Notes under the pieces: model-generated
Told to the model about the DNA's origin: nothing
Seen by the model: only the letters and a program-made list of their open reading frames with translations
The model's database searches: none
Made by a program: the position numbers and the translations under genes
Source: Negaprion brevirostris
Lineage: Eukaryota
Direction of reading: 5' to 3'
Assembly (NCBI GenBank): GCA_030324005.1
Contig: JARDVH010000110.1
Span: 37,218,817-37,282,816 of the forward strand
DNA: 64,000 nucleotides
Shown here: positions 1 through 11,829 of the stretch, piece by piece
How the letters are laid out: each line of letters starts with the position of its first letter
How positions within the stretch are numbered: position 1 is the stretch's first letter

Positions 1-217
1 CCCCTAACCCGACTAACCTCCTGACACTAAGGGACAATTTAGCATGGTCAATCAACCAAACCCACACTCCTTTGGCCTGTGGGAGGAAACTGCAGCACCC
101 AGAGGAAACCCACACAGACACAGGAAGAAAGTGCAAACTCCACACAGTCAGTGACCCAAGCCAGGAATTGAACCCACCTGGGTTCCTGGGACTGTGACTC
201 AGTCTAATCACTGTGTC
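1..217 (-). mobile_element. HE1/V-SINE (tRNA-derived), partial
   Basis: Reverse complement of the V-SINE core (gggacaatttagcatgg...gtgggaggaaac...gtgcaaactccacacagtcagtgacccaagccaggaattgaaccc). Confidence 0.9.
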
Positions 218-229
218 AAGGCTACAAAC

Positions 230-1060
230 TGCTGCCACTGTTTGTCAGTGGTGGAGGGAGTGAATGTATATGGAAAAGATTCTAAACAAGTGGGCTGCTT
301 TGTGCTTGGTGGTGTTTTTGGAGCTGCACCCATTCAAGCAAATTGAAAATGTTCCATCACACTCCTGGCATGCATTGTAGATGGTGGTAGAAGTTTTGAG
401 AGTCAGGAGGTGAGTTACTCATCACAGAATTCTGAGTCTCTTGCCCGTTCTTATTGCTACAGTATTTATCTGACCAGTCTAGCTGAGCTTCTGGTCAATG
501 GTAACCACAGAATGTGGATAATGGGGGATTCAGTGATGCCAGGATGAAGGTTAGGTTCTGTCTTGTTAGAAGTGGGCATTGCCTAGCACTTGTATGGTGC
601 AGTGTTACTCGCCAATTATCAGCGCAAGCCTGGAGATTGTCCAGGTCTTGCTGCTGCATTTTAACATAAACTGCTTCAGTTTCTGAGGAGTGACAAATGG
701 TGCCAAACATTGGGAGTCATCAGCAAACATCCCCACCTTGAGCTAACGATGGAAGGAGGGTAATTGATGAAACAGCCGAAGATGGTTGGGCCTAGGACAC
801 TACCCTGAGGAACTCCTACAGTGATATCCTGGAACTGAGGTGATTGACCTCAAACCACCACCACCACCATCCTTTGCTCCAGATCTGGCTCCAACCAGTT
901 TGTTTTTTCTTGATTTCCATTGACTCAAAATTTATGGAGCTCCTTGAATGAAGTGTTGCCTTGATGTCAAGAGCAGTAACTCTCACCTTGCCTGCAGAGT
1001 TTAGCTCTTTTGTCCATGTTTGAACTGAGGCTATAATGAAGTCAGGATCTAAGTGACCCA
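230..1060 (-). mobile_element. CR1/L2-group non-LTR retrotransposon RT fragment (decayed)
   Basis: Minus-strand peptides VQTWTKELNSAGKVRVTALDIKA, GVPQGSVLGP (ggagttcctcagggtagtgtcctaggccca), MFADD and QQDLDNLQACADNWRVT. Confidence 0.85.
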
Positions 1061-1169
1061 GGATTAAGGAGGACTTTGCAGGGTCAACAGACCTAAATTT
1101 GCCATCATCACTTCTGTATCTAAGTCGATACCAGGGCATTCATCCAATTTAAATCCTTCTTATAGTTTT

Positions 1170-1360
1170 TGTAGCAGTTGGATACAACTGAGTGACTTGC
1201 AAGGCCATTTCAGAGGGCATTCTAAAATGAACCACACTGCTGTGAGTCTGGAGTCACGTGTAGGCCAGACTAGGTAAGGATGACAGATTTCCCTCCCTAA
1301 AGGACAATTGCCATGGTGGGATTATTAGTCCGTTGACAATACCATTATGCCACTGCCTCG
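1170..1360 (-). mobile_element. Second tRNA-derived SINE family, deleted copy
   Basis: Minus strand begins gaggcagtggcataatggtattgtca (A-box-like head). Related pieces lie at 17130-17275 and 35855-35980. Confidence 0.6.
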
Positions 1361-1419
1361 CCTATTCTGTCAATAGAAAGATCTGCAATTTGAAGGAACT
1401 AAAATTTATGTGAGAAGAA

Positions 1420-1672
1420 CTTGTCCGGAGTTGAGGGGGTTGAACTATGAGGAGAGGCTGAATAAACTAGGCTTGTACTCGTTAGAGTTTAGAAGAATGA
1501 NNNNNNNNNNNNNNNNNNNNNNNNNNNNNNNNNNNNNNNNNNNNNNNNNNNNNNNNNNNNNNNNNNNNNNNNNNNNNNNNNNNNNNNNNNNNNNNNNNNN
1601 GAATGGCGGGGCAGGCTCGAAGGGCTACATGGCCTACTCCTGCTCCTATTTCTTATGTTCTTATGTTCTTAT
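1420..1672 (+). mobile_element. CR1 LINE 3' end (spans gap)
   Basis: LRGLNYEERLNKLGLYSLEFRRM; tail ggctcgaagggctacatggcctactcctgctcctat(ttcttatg)n. Confidence 0.9.
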
Positions 1673-1759
1673 GTAATTGGACTTTGAGGGTGCAGCAACC
1701 ACAGGAATGGAGAGTAGACGTGGGAAGGTTTCCTCCCAGTATCTCACTCTTATTACCTA

Positions 1760-2600
1760 CATAGAATACACAGCACAGAAACTGGCCATGATAAAATAAT
1801 GCTCCACTTGAACCTCTCCCCTTCTTTTCTCACCAAAATCTATCACTGTAACTGTCTATTCCCTTCTCCCTTAAATGTTTTTCTAACTTTTCCTTAAAAG
1901 CATCCACACTATACAATTAAGTTTCATATTTGTCCCATTTTTTAGACAAAAGTCAATCCTAACATGTTCCATATTGAATTTCTTGGTGACTATCTTATAT
2001 TGATAGCCTCTAGATGTGCTTTTCCCCACATGATGAAACATCCTTTCTGAACCCACTCTATTGGGTCAGCTGTCTTTCCAAGAGTGAAAAGATCCAGACT
2101 GTTAATCCTTTCCTGATATGTGTACTTTTCTGGCATTATCCTTGTAATTCTTCTTTGCATGCTCTCCAGCGTTTGTATATCTTTTTTATAATATGTCAAG
2201 CAGAACTGTATGCAGTACTCCAAAAGTGAACTAACCAAGGTTCGACACAGGCTTAGCACGATATCTTTACTTGTCAATTCTATTCCACTAGTGCTGTGAG
2301 GTAGCAGTGCTAACCACTCTGCCACTATGCCGTTTACTTTGCTTTTTATATAGCCTGTGGCACAACATTTAGTGATTCATGTATTTGTTCTCCAGATCCT
2401 TTTGTTCTTCTACTTCACCTAGACTTGCACCTTCTAAGTAATAAGTGACCTCATTCTTCTGAACGAAATTTATCTGTTTTGATCTCCATTTGCCAATTAT
2501 TCTCCCATTCTCTCGATGTATTAAAGTCCTTCTGTAATTTATCACACTCCTCCTCAGTATTGGCTGTTCCACCTAATTTGGGGTCATCAGCAAATATCTG
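1760..2600 (-). mobile_element. CR1 LINE ORF2 3' fragment (decayed) containing a V-SINE head fragment at ~2290-2332
   Basis: IFADDPKLGG, RTLVSSLLEYCIQF, KKDIQTLESMQRRITRIMP. Confidence 0.88.
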
Positions 2601-3029
2601 AGAGATCTGAGAGATAAAGTGCTCTGAACAGCAGTCTCTGAATGACCATGCCTGGAGTTTAGTGTAACTGATCAAAGCCTTTCAAGCTTGTCAGTTTCAT
2701 TGAAAAAGCTCTTTTCTTTGTGGATTCACATTGGTGACTCTCAGTGAGTTGCTGACAGGTCAGGAACCAAGTCCCCTGCATGAGAAATCCAGAAATGAGG
2801 TTCAAGTGTTAATAATTGGCTTTTTTAAATACTTAAATAACTGGCCCATCAGATCAAAATTTGCCTTCAATCTTATCCTGCAGAAACCTCCAAGAAGGTG
2901 GGTTGAGATTTTGATCCCAACCTACATCAGTTTCAGCAGATTTAATTCCCCACCTCCCATTGACAGGGAAAACTCCTGCTAAGTTTTGCATTATTGAAAA
3001 TTTCACATTATTATTCCCGACTACCTTTA

Positions 3030-3325
3030 AAGTTTAATTTATTAGTGTCACAAGTAGGCTTACACTAACATTGCAATGAAGTTACTGTGAAAATCCCCTA
3101 ATCATCGCATTCTGGCACCTGCTCAGATACACAGAGGGAGATTTAGCATGGGCAATCCACCTAACCAGCATGTCTTTTGGACTGTGGGAGTAAACCCGAG
3201 CAAATCCACGCAGGCATGGGGAGAACATGCAGATTCCGCAGAGGCAGTGATCCAGGTCAGGAATTGAACAAGGGTCCTTAGTGCTGTGAGGTAGCAATGC
3301 TAACCACTCTGCCACTGTGCCGCCC
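3030..3325 (-). mobile_element. HE1/V-SINE, tail-B subfamily
   Basis: V-SINE head and core; tail ttttcacagtaacttcattgcaatgttagtgtaagcctacttgtgacactaataaa. Confidence 0.92.
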
Positions 3326-4139
3326 ACAGTCTTGTAATTATTCATAGGTCTGCTTTATTGATCATGTACGATCTTAAAAAATGACTACACCATTTTTTGT
3401 GGAGCATTCTCACTACAAAACTATGGCTGAAAAAGGTGTGTTCTCACTTGCATTAATCCAGTTACATTCCATCTAATGTCTTTGAATGATTTGTGTTGGA
3501 ACCCCTCACATTGCTGAAAATCCCAGTTAAAGCAAATATAAACAAGTACTTCTAACAAAGATCAGAAATGTACTGTTTTGATGGAAAGACCTTGAGTTCC
3601 AGAATGCATGTACAGGTATTCAGTCAAAAACTAATCAAGTACTCCACCCTTTTGACGTGATCAGTTTGCACTGGTCTCTGATATGAAGCAAGACAGCAGA
3701 AGAGGGCAATTGCAATAAAATAACTTACTGGGATTTGGTAAAGCTATGCACAGTGCTTTCCACTGACAAGAATTGTTATCTGCTCCATGTTTGAAACAAA
3801 AGTAAATCCCTGCCTCTAATTATGATGAAATCATAACAAATATAGATGACCACCATAATTAATGTTGACCGCATCAGCTTTTTTTTAACATTAGCTGGAG
3901 ATTTTTATTTTGCCCTTTATGTTTAAGAAAATGTAACTATAATCAGGTGATAGAAATCGTAAACCTGTTTTGAAAACAGGTGCATAAATCCAGAGGTGCA
4001 GACTCCCCACCTAGCAATATGACACTGTTAAAATTGCCTCATGCTTGGAACAGCGAGGCAGCGCTCATATCAAAGCAAAAATGCCTTGGCATATTCATAT
4101 TATTAAAAACAAAGACATGATTACCACCAGGACAGAATT

Positions 4140-4780
4140 AAAAAAAGGCAAATGGGTTGTTGGCATTTATTGCAAAGTGACTGGAATATAAAAGTAGACA
4201 AATGTTGTTGCAATTGTATAGATTGTTGGTGAGACCACGTGTGGAGTATTGTGTCCTTTTGGTCTCCTTATTTGTGAAAGAATGTGGTGGCATTAGAGGC
4301 AGTTCAGAGAATGTTCACCAGATTGATTCTGGATGAAAAGGTTGACATATGAGGAGAGACTAAACAGCGTGGGCTTATGCTCGCTGGAGTTTAGGAGGAT
4401 GAGGGAGGATCTGATTGAGATATGCCAAATTTTAAGTAAATGTAAAGCAAATGTTTCCTCTTACAGGATAATCTCGAACAAGAGGTCACAGGTATAGGTT
4501 GAGTGACAGTAGATTTAAAATTGAGATATGAGGAGGAAAGCCTTCTTGCAGAGGATGGTAAATTTCTGGACTTGCTGCTCCACAGAGCGGTGGAGTCTGA
4601 ATCATTGAATGGTTACAAGAAAGAGATAATTATATTTCTAATAAAAAAGGGATAAGAGGATATGAAGAACAGGTGGGGAAGTGGATTTGAGACCAGGGAG
4701 AGATCAGTCATGATCTGAAGCAGGCTTGAAGGGCTGAATTTGCCTACTTCTGCTCCAAATTCCTATGTTCCTATGTTTGT
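4140..4780 (+). mobile_element. CR1 LINE 3' fragment
   Basis: LVRPRVEYC and ALEAVQRMFTRLI motifs; tail gggctgaatttgcctacttctgctcc(tcctatgt)n. Confidence 0.9.
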
Positions 4781-4890
4781 ATGTCATGCCATTTACAATT
4801 TGAAACAAAAGTGATGGAAATTCTCTGAATAGTTTGTTTTGCCCTCATGCAACAACTTATTTGATGAAACACCTTTAATGTAATGAAACA

Positions 4891-5185
4891 TATGGTGGCA
4901 CTGTGGTTAGCACTGGTTCCTCATTTTGCCAGGGACCCAGGTTTGATTCCAGGCTTGGGTCACTGCCTGTGTAGAGTTTGCACGTTCTCCCCATGTTTGT
5001 GTGAGTTTTCTCCGGGTGTGCAGGTTTCCTCCTACAATTCGAAAAACCTGCTAGTTAGGTACATTGGCCATGCAAAATTCTTCCTCAGTGTACCTGAGCA
5101 GGAGCTGGAGTGTGGTGACTAGGGGATTTTCACAGTAACTTCATTGCAGTGTTAATGTAAGCCTGCATGTGGCTCTAATAAATTT
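4891..5185 (+). mobile_element. HE1/V-SINE, tail-B subfamily
   Basis: gtggcactgtggttagcactg head, V core, tail ggggattttcacagtaacttcattgcagtgttaatgtaagcc. Confidence 0.92.
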
Positions 5186-5194
5186 TTAAAAATG

Positions 5195-6020
5195 TTTTAC
5201 AGGGATGTTTTGAAGAAGTATGACCACGAGCCATATCAAGAGATATTGGATGAGATGACCAAAAATTTGGTCAAAGAGGTATCAAGGAGTGTCTTAAAAT
5301 TGGTATAAAAGCAGAAAGGTGTGGGGAGGGCTTTCCTGAGCTTAGGATTTAGGTACAATAGTACAGTGGTTAGCACTGCTTCCTCACAGCACCAGGAACC
5401 TGGATTTGATCTGCTCTTGAGCGACTGTGTGGAGTTTGTATGTTCTTCCCATGCCTATGTGGGTTTCCCCCAGGTGCTCTGGTTTCCTCCCACAGTTCAA
5501 AGATATGCAGGTTAGATGAATTGGCTGTGGTAAATGTACAGGGTTATGGGGATAGGGCAGAGGGGAGGGCCTGGGTGGGTTACTCTTTTGAAGAGTTAGT
5601 GCAGACTCAATGGGCCGNNNNNNNNNNNNNNNNNNNNNNNNNNNNNNNNNNNNNNNNNNNNNNNNNNNNNNNNNNNNNNNNNNNNNNNNNNNNNNNNNNN
5701 NNNNNNNNNNNNNNNNNTGGGCCGGATGTCTTCCTTCTGCAATGTAGTTCTAAAATTGAAGGCAATGGTGTAACAATTAAAATTGTACAGAGAGCTAGAA
5801 TTAGAGAAATGCCAGCATCCTGGAATGTTGTGGGGTTGAAGAAGATTACAGAGATAAGGAAAAGTGAATCCATTGAGGGACCTGAATACAAGGATGAGAA
5901 CTTTAAAACCAATAAGTTACTTGCCGAGAAGTCAATATTATTCAGTGAGCACAAAAGTTACAGGGGATGAGAATTTTCCTGCAAGTAATGCCACAGACAG
6001 AAGAGTTTTGGATGACCAAT
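5195..6020 (-). mobile_element. L2 LINE 3' fragment interrupted by an HE1 SINE
   Basis: gatgaccaaaaatttggtcaaagaggt...aggagtgtcttaaa and gagggacctgaatacaaggatgagaactttaaaa are reverse complements of the L2 3' region seen at 12790-13080. Confidence 0.65.
5352..5745 (+). mobile_element. HE1/V-SINE with CR1-type tail (spans gap)
   Basis: cagtggttagcactgcttcctcacagc head; tail gcagactcaatgggccg...cttccttctgca. Confidence 0.9.
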
Positions 6021-6279
6021 TGATACTAACAACTCCCTTCAAACAAGGTAATCAAATGTGTGTTGGCTCAGTTTGGAATGTGATTATTAACTGAAAATGC
6101 AAATCATGATGTGCGTAAAACAATATCAAACTTAATTGAACTTATATTTATATATAACCAGACTCCTGAAGCAACTGTTCTACTGGGAATTTGGTCACAA
6201 CAAAAGACTTCCAGGAAGACAATGGAAATGTTTTATGGATTTATTCCTGAAGAAGCCAAACATCCCCACCAACTCAGAA

Positions 6280-6405
6280 GGTGGGAGTTTCTGGCCACCC
6301 TTGCCCTGAAATCGGAAAGTCCTGCCCGATGTCAGTGGACCTTTCCATGGTCCGTCCCTCACCCACTCCAATTCCTGCGGTGGGAAGAATGGGAAAATTG
6401 TAACT
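6280..6405 (+). mobile_element. Short Harbinger-like MITE (~125 bp)
   Basis: Internal similarity to the TIR/TSD-bearing copies at 43605 and 12623; ends decayed. Confidence 0.6.
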
Positions 6406-8179
6406 GACCATAATGAAGAAGGTTCATTTGTGAAGGCACTAAGCACATTGAGAGGCAATGTTGGGAAGATACACAGAAAAGGAATCAGGGAAAGCACCCC
6501 CCCACTCTCCCATCCCCTCTGCACATTCTGGGCAGAGTCTACAGATTAGGAATATCAGCTGTCTCAGATCCTATTGAGCCAGAGTGGAAGGAAGTCATTG
6601 TTGATTCCAAGGGATTGTCTGTTCCTCTGGCAGTATGAATCCTCCAATACCAAGCAATTACAAAAAAAAATAATTTCAGAAAGTAAAGATTTAATAAAGA
6701 TCCTTTGTTATGTAACCATGCCCTGGGCCACAAATGTTTTTGTCCAAGCCCCATCTGCTGCCTATTTCTACCGGGTCAGCTGGTAAGCTGACCACCACAG
6801 CCTATGTTGCCACTGGGTGCAGTGTTACACTTCCTAAGGAGATTAAATTTAACTGAACAAATATTTCACTTCCCATATCCAAAGCTTTGATTACTCGGAA
6901 CTGTTCTTCGCTTTCAAAATGTGCAAAATGTTTGCAGCATGTGATTTGTTCAAGAATTTGTGAGATGTGGTTTGAGTGAAGTGGCAGCTAAATAAGGAGA
7001 TAAAAACTAAGTAATGGCAAATTAAATTTGTGGCAATTTGTTAATGAGCGATTCATTTAAAAAGCATACAGAACATTTAAATATATGTTCCAAACTTATT
7101 ATTCAGAAAAGAAATTTGGTATCGAAATCAAGGATTTAATTTTCTGATTCCAAACCACGATTGTAAATTCCTTCACAGTAGTAGCTTGATGCAATTTGTT
7201 GTATATATAAGTTCCATACACTACCTCTGTCATTCCAGCTAGTTTAGCAAGATACAGTATTAGTAAACTTAATTAAAAGTCTTTCATTTTTAATTGTAAT
7301 TTCTGGAGAAATATTTCCATTTTCAAAATAAAAATGCAATTAAAATGACTTGTTTTCCCTTGCCCAGTTACAAAGCAGAGCTGCAATTCTTAAAGATGAT
7401 CCTCAACTCTGAGTGGATTTTAATTGAACATATAGATCTTGAAATTTGTCTTCCAACTCATGATCATAGAGAAAGAAAGTGCAGTCATTTATGACAGTCT
7501 GGGTCAAAGGAAAGATTTGATTCAAAATGATGTTTCTTCACAGGATTTATGCTTGTTCATGGAAAATCAAGCCCAAAATGAAGAGAATCTCTAGCATTAC
7601 TGTCCAAATTATCATCTTCAAGCACTTTGTCAGGACAAATGGGTGGACCTGATTCCCTTGACTGTATGTAATCCACAACCAAATGAAAAGCTTTTCCATC
7701 GTAATAAATAAAAAATATTTTTTACAATGTAGAATTTATTTTATTTCAATTACTGAAGATGATTGTGGTACTTCAAATTTTGTTTGTTGTTTCTCATATA
7801 CTATACTGAGAAAGGATGAGCATATGGTCAACTACAAGTAGCAAATTTTAACTATATTTACGCATTCCCAACAGAAAGAGAGATGCAGCAAAGGGGATCT
7901 GTACAATATACTACACTCCCTCCCCATTTATAAAAAATACTTGTACCTTAAAAAGTAAAATAATGCGTATACAAAACTTCCCAGTATACAAGTTGGCTAA
8001 ACCAAATCAACAATACCTGAAATTTAATAAGTTGGTTTGCGTACTTGTTTTTACTATATCATAACCTAAACATATATAACTGAAACTACATGAGTAATTT
8101 ACATGGAAATATACTTTTCTTCAATACCAGTATGTGTTTAACAAAGCCATTTAACAAGAAATGAACTTCAATGGACTTC

Positions 8180-9096
8180 TACCGGATAAATGTGTTGTGG
8201 TCCATTTTGGCAGGTCCAATGGGATAAAGGAGTATAATATCAAGGGTGAGACTCTTAACAGCGTAAGGGATCAGAAGGGCCTTGGGGTCCGGGTCCATAG
8301 GACTCTTAAATCGGCCTCACAGGCGGAGGATGTGGTCAAGAAGGCGTATGGTGTACTAGCCTTCATCAATCAAGGGACTAAGTTTAGGAGTTGGGAGATA
8401 ATGCTGCAGTTTATAAGACCCTAGTCAGACCCCACTTGGAGTACTGTGCACAGTTCTGGTCACCTCATTACAAGAAAGATGTGGAAGCTATTGAAAGGGT
8501 GCAGAGGAGATTTACAAGGATGTTGCCNNNNNNNNNNNNNNNNNNNNNNNNNNNNNNNNNNNNNNNNNNNNNNNNNNNNNNNNNNNNNNNNNNNNNNNNN
8601 NNNNNNNNNNNNNNNNNNNNNNNNNNNAGGGTGCAGAGGAGATTTACAAGGATGTTGCCTGGATTGGGTGGCATGCCTTCTGAGGATAGGTTGAGGGAGC
8701 TCGGCCTTTTCTCCCTGGAGAGACGAAGGATGAGAGGTGACCTGATAGAGGTTTACAAGATGTTGAGAGGTGTAGATTGGGTGGATTCTCAGAGGCTATT
8801 TCCCAGGGCTGAAGTGGTCACTATGAGAAGACACAGGTTTAAGGTGCTGGGGAGTAGGTACAGAGGAGATGTTAGGGGTAAGTTTTTCGCTCAGAGGGTG
8901 GTGGGTGAGTGGAATCGGCTGTCGTCGGTGGTGGTGGAGGCAAACTCGTTGGGGTCTTTTAAGAGACTTCTGGATGAGTATATGGGAATTAATGGGATTG
9001 AAGGTCATAGGTAGGCCTAGTAGGTAGGGATATGATCAGCATAACTTGTGGGTCAAAGGGCCTGTTTGTACTGTAGTTTTCTACGTTCTATGTTCT
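8180..9096 (+). mobile_element. CR1 (HER1-like) LINE 3' portion, relatively young
   Basis: [40 protein letters not shown]...LERRRMRGDLIEVYKML...FFAQRVVGEWN; ttctatg tail. Confidence 0.95.
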
Positions 9097-9309
9097 AAGA
9101 AAAAAATAAAAGAGCAACTTCCTTCTTTATCTTCATACCTACAAACTTCCAATTAACCTAACTGGTTCTTTCTCTTTCTGCAGATCTTCTTCCATTTCCA
9201 TTGACTTGACTCTGCTCCCACAGCACCTTTGATTGTATCAACCTTGATAAATGACTTTGACTACCAACTCCACTTAATGATTGGAAAAATTTTGGGAAAA
9301 AGATACAAA

Positions 9310-9560
9310 TATCTGAAATCCTGTACCAACTGACTGAAGAACAGTTTCTTTCCTGCTGCCATCAGACTTTTGAATGGATCCACTATATAGTGCAATGATC
9401 TTTCTCTACATCCTATTGGTGATTGTAACATTATATTCTGCACCCTCTCTTTCCCTTCTCCCATATGTACTCTACTAATGGTATATTTTTGTCTGTATAG
9501 CACTCAAGAAATAATACTTTTCATTGTATCTTAATACATGTGACAATAATAAATCAAATC
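9310..9560 (+). mobile_element. Rex1/Babar LINE 3' end
   Basis: KNSFFPAAIRLLN then 3'UTR ending tacatgtgacaataataaatcaaatc; same tail as the copies at 47340 and 56075. Confidence 0.85.
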
Positions 9561-9563
9561 TTC

Positions 9564-10920
9564 TGTGATTGATTGATCAATCCTAGTCAAAGACTCTGAC
9601 TCATTTTGCTCCACTAGTGTATTCTATGAAACTAGCAAACATTCATTTTCTTTGTGACTTCCACTTTGGACTGTAGGAGGAATTTATACTTTAGGTGGGT
9701 TATCATGCCCTCCTTTCATCAGATATCCCCTTTCAAGCAAATTTTATAGAGTTTCTCTCCTGTCTTAAATAGACATGCACTGAATATCTTTACAACAACT
9801 CCAAACACATTTCTCATTATCATCTTGGTGGTTTTTCACTATGGCTTTCTGACCAGCACTGAACTTTTCAAGTTTCATGCCTTTTGTACCAGGACTCACC
9901 TTCACTTTGTCTTGTTTTTCTCTGATTTTGCTTTTGAGATCAGATTTAAGCAAACTAAACCATGTCCTGAGGTGTGTTTAAACACTAAGCAACCTCTTAT
10001 AAACTGTAGTGCTATTGTGTAAGAGAACAGAAGATTGCCTACCCTATATTGAAGAGAAAAATGGAAATTAGTGCCCTCACTTGTCACCTCACAATAGCTA
10101 TACAAAGACTTCTCCACAATCCATAAACCTCTTTCTGTAACACAATTCACTGCTGATGAGAGTGTGCTTGACTCCATTCTTACTGAGGAATATTTAAGCC
10201 AGTTCTGAATAAATTGTTGACCAATACCTGACACCAACACCATTGGTAACCTATAAATTGGAAACTGATATCTCAACTTTAATAGTTTTGGTATTTGTGG
10301 TAGTGTGCATAGGCTTAACATTCATCCACTTGCTATAGCAATAAACAAAACAGGGTATACTTTCCCATCTCATTTCCAAAAAAAGGTATTTACTCATTCC
10401 CAATTTTCCTTTGTTTGCCCACAGTGAAAGGAACTTTAGTTCAAACATTTTTCATTCTGAGAAAGCCTTCACAAACTTTTAGCCCCTTTTACCCACTTAT
10501 TTCTTTACACGCTATTCAGATCCTAACTTACTACTTCAAATTGTGTTAAGGCATTGACCTAGCTTTGTCAAATGTCAATTGTACATTGTACAGAGGGAGG
10601 TCTCTTCAACTTGCCCATTGTCATCAAGACGTTATACCTGGTAAGCGCAGTCTGGAGAGCGTGGATGAAGTCATCGTCGAAATGTGGAGCAATCTGCAAC
10701 CTTCTTCCCTGCTTCTCCCTTGTTCCATTCCCTGGCCATTTGTGGAGAAAAACATGGGAAATTGTTCAGCGGCTCAATATTCAGTTCTCAACATTATGTA
10801 GACAATCAAAATGCATGTCTCTGCAGAATTTCAAATATTTTTCAGGTTCAAAATACTTCAGAAAATGTCAGAATTTTGCTGAAATCATAAATTTCCTTCA
10901 GGCAATTGGACTGCAGTAAA
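9564..10920 (-). mobile_element. Ty3/Gypsy remnant: RNase H-integrase, PPT and probable 3' LTR
   Basis: YSKWMNVKPMHTTTNTKTI and LPMVLVSGIGQQF (integrase); purine tract aaagggga at ~9726-9734 on the minus strand. Confidence 0.8.
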
Positions 10921-11023
10921 TCATAGGATCATCTGACAATGTTCCTACCAGGTGCCCCTTAAAATGAGTAGCTATTACTTCCTTTCAGGTCCCAGGCTGG
11001 GAAATCAGCTGCCAGACATCCCA

Positions 11024-11608
11024 TGTTACAGGATGATATTTTATTTGCCATTGTTGTTAAAACTACCATTCCCTTCAAGTAGCCAAACAAAGTCACAGAG
11101 TGGATTCAAGATGATTTACTGCTGTAGCACTACAGGACCCTGATCCAATCTTTAAGATGAGTCCGATTACAGAATTCAGAAATACACAAGCAGTTATAGT
11201 TTAAAATTTGATCACAAGTGATTAGCATATATCAATAAACAGTGGCAGTTATCTCTATTCACACAGTTATTGGTTAGTGTTACATCATTTAGATATTAAA
11301 ACTAATCACAATAATCCCATACTTGATATCCAATCAGCGTCAGGTTTAATTATATCAAAAGGCCTTTCCAACAGTCTGGTTTAATGGCCGTTCCCAGCCT
11401 AAGTCATAAATAATCGCACACTATATTATCTTATCCCTTTCTGATCGGAAGGTCAGATATCTGGAAGTCGCTGCTTACTATCCTGATGTGCAGCTCTTTC
11501 AGTAAAAAATTGTGTGGGCTTTGTTTTTTTTAAACCCTTTCTTTGGACACAGTTATTAATATGGCTGCTATTCTCCATAATTATTAGTATGGCTATTATT
11601 CTCCCTCA
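11024..11608. mobile_element. Solo LTR (family A), 5-bp TSD
   Basis: TGTTA...CCCTCA termini; flanks TCCCA/TCCCG; colinear similarity to 33243-33868. Confidence 0.8.
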
Positions 11609-11829
11609 TCCCGCACCACTCCCCCCCTTTTTCTGATAGGGGAGTGTAATGACAGTCCAGCAATGTTGCAGGCTTAAAATCCACCCTGCGGATTGGATTC
11701 TTAACGTTTTATCAGCAGCCTACCACGTCCAGGCCTGAGTTCTGCCCACCAAAACATGAGGTAATATTCAGCCCAATGTCTTTGTGGTTCTGGCTGGTTC
11801 TTCTCATTTTAAAGAACAATCCAATGCAT

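Noticed and set aside
11620-11635. PPT-like agaaaaaggggggga (minus strand) next to the solo LTR
   Set aside because: It is 11 bp from the LTR end and lies outside the TSD, so it belongs to the flanking sequence.
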